Shown here: positions 60,452 through 64,000 of the stretch, in pieces
Layout: each line of letters opens with the position of its first letter
Position numbering within the stretch: the stretch's first letter is position 1
Origin: a virus
Length of the DNA: 64,000 nt
Virus record (IMG/VR): IMGVR_UViG_3300046171_000138
Reading direction: 5' to 3' (one strand)
The notes under the pieces: model-generated
Database searches by the model: none
Told to the model about the DNA's origin: nothing
What the model saw: the letters and a program-made list of their open reading frames with translations, nothing else
Made by a program: the position numbers and the translations under genes

Positions 60452-61354
60452 ATGCCTAACTCAAATTTACGCGATCTGCTCGGGATTGTAACAACTGATT
60501 CAATCAAAGGTTTAGCATCTGCCGATGCTACGACTAAACTACCCGCATATCCTAGTCAGGGATATAGAACAATGTACATCACTGCACAGTGTGGTGCTAC
60601 TTGTGATGATTGGACGAGTAACTATAGTTACTACGACTATCCCGATTGGAAAGTTCCTGCTAATACTACCCAAATCATTTTTGAGATTTGGGGTGCTGGC
60701 GGTGGCGGCGGTGATGGTTGTTGCTGTACTCGTGGTGTACCTGGTTCTTCTGGTGCTTATGCATATAAGATGCTATCTGGTTCTGATGTAGTTCCTGGTT
60801 GTGCTTATGCTATGGACATTGGTCAGGGTGGTAGATCAAGGCAGGGTCCTGCTTGTGGTCAACAAGGTAGCAAAACTTCTGTTATTGGATACGGTCTATC
60901 CAACTTCTGTGCTGATGGTGGATATGGTGGTTGCTCTTGCTGCTACATGTGTTGCTGTACTTGGGGTACGCTATGCAATGTGTGCTGTAACGGTCCTTGC
61001 GCTTTGTATTACGGCGCTAGCGGCGGTGCATATGGCAATCCAGGTGCTGGTACGATGTGGTGTGAAAATAATCACTGCTGGAACAAGCAACACATTCCTT
61101 ATCCAGGCGGTCTAGTTAATGGTAAAGGTGGTTGGTTGCCTGGTACACAATGCGAAAACACTGGTTGTGGATATTGTCTCAATCACTGGGCAGTTGCTCA
61201 ACTTGGTTGGGGTGGATCACATAGTGATCACAACTATGTTCCTGGCACTGGCGGTCCTTCTGCATGGGTTTGTGGTGGCGGTTGCTGCCGTGGTCAACAT
61301 GGAAACCCTGGTATGATCCGCATTTCATACAAGCAATCCGAACGCGGATATTGA
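60452..61354 (+). CDS. Cys/Gly-rich protein, paralogue 3
   Basis: 26 Cys in 300 aa (manual count); FEIWGAGGGGGDGCCC, NFCADGG, GGGCC. Confidence 0.8.
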   Translation: MPNSNLRDLLGIVTTDSIKGLASADATTKLPAYPSQGYRTMYITAQCGATCDDWTSNYSYYDYPDWKVPANTTQIIFEIWGAGGGGGDGCCCTRGVPGSSGAYAYKMLSGSDVVPGCAYAMDIGQGGRSRQGPACGQQGSKTSVIGYGLSNFCADGGYGGCSCCYMCCCTWGTLCNVCCNGPCALYYGASGGAYGNPGAGTMWCENNHCWNKQHIPYPGGLVNGKGGWLPGTQCENTGCGYCLNHWAVAQLGWGGSHSDHNYVPGTGGPSAWVCGGGCCRGQHGNPGMIRISYKQSERGY

Positions 61355-61364
61355 TTCCATAGTT

Positions 61365-61372
61365 TATAAATA
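61365..61372 (+). promoter_or_regulatory. T4-type late promoter
   Basis: TATAAATA. Confidence 0.75.
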
Positions 61373-61415
61373 ATACAGCAAAGAAAACCCAAGGATTAAA
61401 CAAGAGATTACTATC

Positions 61416-62174
61416 ATGGCGAATATTTCAAAACCAGTAACTTACAACTTGCCTGACGAGTATACCAAGCAAACTAGTGATCTTGGTCTTACGGCAGAAT
61501 TTACCTACAAAGGTCCAGAGTATCTCTGGGTTTTTGTAGACGGCGAAACAGGTGCTCTTCTACCATCTCAATCGTTCATTGCTACTATCAACCCAACTAG
61601 GGATGAAGAGCAAGCTCGTGTACGTGCAGGTCTAGACGAAAAGGCAGTTCTTCTTCGTCCTAATACAAACGGAACAGATCTTCTACTAGCATCTATTCTA
61701 CTCGGACAAGATACTGGCAAAGCAACTGGTTATCCACAGAAAGAATACAAATTCCCTGCTGGTCATGCAAGAGCGGGTGAAACGTATTACGAGCGTCCCG
61801 ATCCCCAGCAACCAAACCATACTTACGCAGTAGACGAGATCATGTATGATCTTGCAAATGATTCCTGGGTTACTCCTTTCCCTTGGTTCAAGCCTTGGAT
61901 GACCGAAGAATTCCATAAGGAAGCAAGAGACTCTGCTCTCGAAGGCAATAGGGTCTTCTATGCAGAGATCAAAGGTAATATGACTGCTGATCAGATTGCA
62001 GCAGCAGACGCATGGATCGCTGCAATGGAAAATCTTTACACAGATTTTGCTGGTGTTGAACCATTCATGATTCCATTCCCTGAAAACCCATTGGGAGAAT
62101 TGGTTGAAGACTACGACTATAACGTAGATCCTGACAACCGTTTGGATGACACAAAAACTGACGGTGCTGTCTGA
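61416..62174 (+). CDS. Hypothetical acidic protein (possible fibre chaperone)
   Basis: 252-aa ORF after the Cys-rich trio; function inferred from position only. Confidence 0.65.
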   Translation: MANISKPVTYNLPDEYTKQTSDLGLTAEFTYKGPEYLWVFVDGETGALLPSQSFIATINPTRDEEQARVRAGLDEKAVLLRPNTNGTDLLLASILLGQDTGKATGYPQKEYKFPAGHARAGETYYERPDPQQPNHTYAVDEIMYDLANDSWVTPFPWFKPWMTEEFHKEARDSALEGNRVFYAEIKGNMTADQIAAADAWIAAMENLYTDFAGVEPFMIPFPENPLGELVEDYDYNVDPDNRLDDTKTDGAV

Positions 62175-62181
62175 TTAGTTT

Positions 62182-62192
62182 TGTGGTATAAT
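62182..62192 (+). promoter_or_regulatory. Extended -10 sigma70-like promoter abutting a terminator
   Basis: TGTGGTATAAT. Confidence 0.6.
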
Positions 62193-62194
62193 GA

Positions 62195-62219
62195 GAGGGT
62201 CTTCGGACCCTCTTTTTTT
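62195..62219 (+). terminator. Rho-independent terminator with C(UUCG)G loop
   Basis: GAGGGTC-TTCG-GACCCTC followed by T7; T4-type tetraloop. Confidence 0.9.
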
Positions 62220-62789
62220 ATGCTTAAATATCCTGATCTACGTGATCACATATTCGTACACAAACTCATCCCAGATAATCTATGCGATAAACTAATTACA
62301 AGACTCGATAAAAGACCATGGAAAGATCATAAATGGTATGACGCTGGTCTTAAACAAGATATAGAAGAAGCAGATTTTCAAACTTTGAAAGATGATACTG
62401 CTTCTGGAAAAATATATCCTTTGATTCAAGATCTTTGTATCGCATACCACGACAAGTATCATCAACCAGAAAATACAAATTCAGATTTATTCTGGTCTGT
62501 AGCTTCTAATATCAAGTTCAACAAATATACTGAAGGGGATAGCATCAAACCACATCACGATCATATTCATGATATGTTTCAAGGTGATCTACGTGGTATT
62601 CCAGTCACTAGTATTATTGGAGTTCTAAATGATGATTACCAAGGCGGTGAATTACTTTTTTGGAATGATCATAAAGTAGAATTAAAGAAAGGTGAGGTAG
62701 TTGCATTCCCATCAGTATTTTTATATCCCCATCAGGTTACTACAGTAACCAAAGGAACAAGATACTCTTGGGTTGCATGGTGCGTTTAA
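62220..62789 (+). CDS. Prolyl-4-hydroxylase-like 2OG-Fe(II) oxygenase
   Basis: KYTEGD..KPHHDH (HxD), LNDDYQGGEL.F, FPSVFLYPHQV and RYS.V.W. Confidence 0.88.
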   Translation: MLKYPDLRDHIFVHKLIPDNLCDKLITRLDKRPWKDHKWYDAGLKQDIEEADFQTLKDDTASGKIYPLIQDLCIAYHDKYHQPENTNSDLFWSVASNIKFNKYTEGDSIKPHHDHIHDMFQGDLRGIPVTSIIGVLNDDYQGGELLFWNDHKVELKKGEVVAFPSVFLYPHQVTTVTKGTRYSWVAWCV

Positions 62790-62841
62790 CCCCCCTGAAG
62801 ACCTCACCTAAATAAAGTATATAAATCATTAGCAACTGATT

Positions 62842-63990
62842 ATGAGACCTAAATCATTTTTTGTCAATGGTGGTGCTGGACGTGTGCTTTGTTCAATACC
62901 TGCATTTGAGAAATATCAAGAGGAACATCCCGACGAGGATTTCCTAATTATCTGTGAAGGAGGTACAGACTTCTTCAAAGGTCATCCGACACTTTACGGT
63001 AAAGTGTATGACCACTGGCACAAAAATATCTTTCGAGATAAACTTATTCATACAGATGTTAAAACACCTGAACCATATAGGGTGTGGGAATACTACAATC
63101 AAAAATGTAATCTATCCCAAGCATTTGATATTGAGATCAATGGGAAAGGTGTAAGAGAACTACCCAAACCAACTATCAAACTTTCTAAAGAAGAACAAGT
63201 AAATGGAAAGTTTGTTGTTGCAGAAGTAAGACAAAAGACAAACAAGAAAAAGACAGTTGTTTTTCAACCTTTTGGTAGAGGAGTTCAAACTGTTGGAAAT
63301 ATCATTACCGATTCTTCTGGAAGAAGTTTTGAGTTTAAGAATGTTATTTCTATCATGAAACGTTTGCAGAAAAAGTATTCTGTAATCCTGATGTCAGAGT
63401 TTGGATTTGATTTTGAAAAAGAAGGATTGAGAGATACTGTTTCTTTTCCTGCTGGAAATCAAGTTCCTTTGCGAGGATGGGCTGGCATTATTAAAGAAGC
63501 AGATCTATTCCTAGGATGTGATTCCGTTGGTCAACACATTGCATATTCAGTAGGAACACCTGTGGTTTCTGTTATGGGATCTACTTTTGGTGTCAATGTT
63601 TCATATCCAGACCACGAGAAAGTAGATGTTCTTGATATGGGCGAAGGATTGAGATTGTATGATCCTATTCGTGTCTGTCCTGATGAAGAATCTGCAAGAG
63701 TAAATGATGGCATCATGATGATGAATGATAAAGTCGAAGAAGTTATCATGAAGTCTGTTGACAAACTGATGAACAGGTATTACACCAAACCAGAAATGGA
63801 GATTGTTCTCCCAGAATCTTATGGTGGTCCTCAAGAAGGATGTCCAACTTGTCCACCAGAAGCACCGCTATCAGCGCCAAAGCAGCAAGGATTGGGTCCA
63901 ATTGAATTGGAAGCTGCATCGAATGGAGTAAAGATCCCCTCACTAGAACCTAGTAAGAAAGGATTTTCTCAAACTGTAAAAGTAAATTGA
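62842..63990 (+). CDS. Glycosyltransferase, GT9 (heptosyltransferase)-like
   Basis: NGGAGRVLCSIPA N-terminus and DLFLGCDSVGQHIAYSVGTPVVSVMGST C-terminal GT9 signature. Confidence 0.75.
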   Translation: MRPKSFFVNGGAGRVLCSIPAFEKYQEEHPDEDFLIICEGGTDFFKGHPTLYGKVYDHWHKNIFRDKLIHTDVKTPEPYRVWEYYNQKCNLSQAFDIEINGKGVRELPKPTIKLSKEEQVNGKFVVAEVRQKTNKKKTVVFQPFGRGVQTVGNIITDSSGRSFEFKNVISIMKRLQKKYSVILMSEFGFDFEKEGLRDTVSFPAGNQVPLRGWAGIIKEADLFLGCDSVGQHIAYSVGTPVVSVMGSTFGVNVSYPDHEKVDVLDMGEGLRLYDPIRVCPDEESARVNDGIMMMNDKVEEVIMKSVDKLMNRYYTKPEMEIVLPESYGGPQEGCPTCPPEAPLSAPKQQGLGPIELEAASNGVKIPSLEPSKKGFSQTVKVN

Positions 63991-64000
63991 GGTTATAATG

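Noticed and set aside
1-64000. Photosynthesis or carbon AMGs (psbA, hli, talC), tRNAs, IS elements, introns/inteins
   Set aside because: No recognisable motifs in this window; the large genes show no LAGLIDADG or Hint signatures on reading.

Overview
Window from a T4-like cyanobacterial myovirus (Kyanoviridae-type); essentially all genes are on the + strand. (1) 1-12.4 kb: a dense block of about 55 small, mostly hypothetical early-type genes, including a TIGR02466-type 2OG-Fe(II) oxygenase, a DenV-like protein, an AbrB-like protein, an HNH endonuclease, KTSC-like proteins and a PD-(D/E)XK nuclease-like protein, driven by sigma70-like promoters. Twelve promoters carry a 22-bp dyad (GTGMCAS-N8-STGKCAC) starting 51-53 bp upstream of the -10 hexamer; this is the most system-like unexplained signal. 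(2) 12.4-12.6 kb: a structured non-coding spacer. (3) 12.6-58.5 kb: a late virion module (PAAR/gp5.4, gp25, gp6, gp7, gp8, a 2703-aa VrlC/DUF4815-type protein, several fibre proteins, a subtilase with two circularly permuted cupredoxin-like inserts, a 2319-aa repeat protein) with T4-type late promoters (TATAAATA). (4) 58.5-64 kb: three Cys/Gly-rich paralogues, an unknown gene, a prolyl-4-hydroxylase-like 2OG-Fe(II) oxygenase and a GT9-like glycosyltransferase. Four genes appear split by single-base frameshifts, most simply homopolymer errors, although recoding is not excluded. No tRNA, rRNA, CRISPR array, IS element or reverse transcriptase was found. Family assignments come from motif recognition and recall only; no database search was run.
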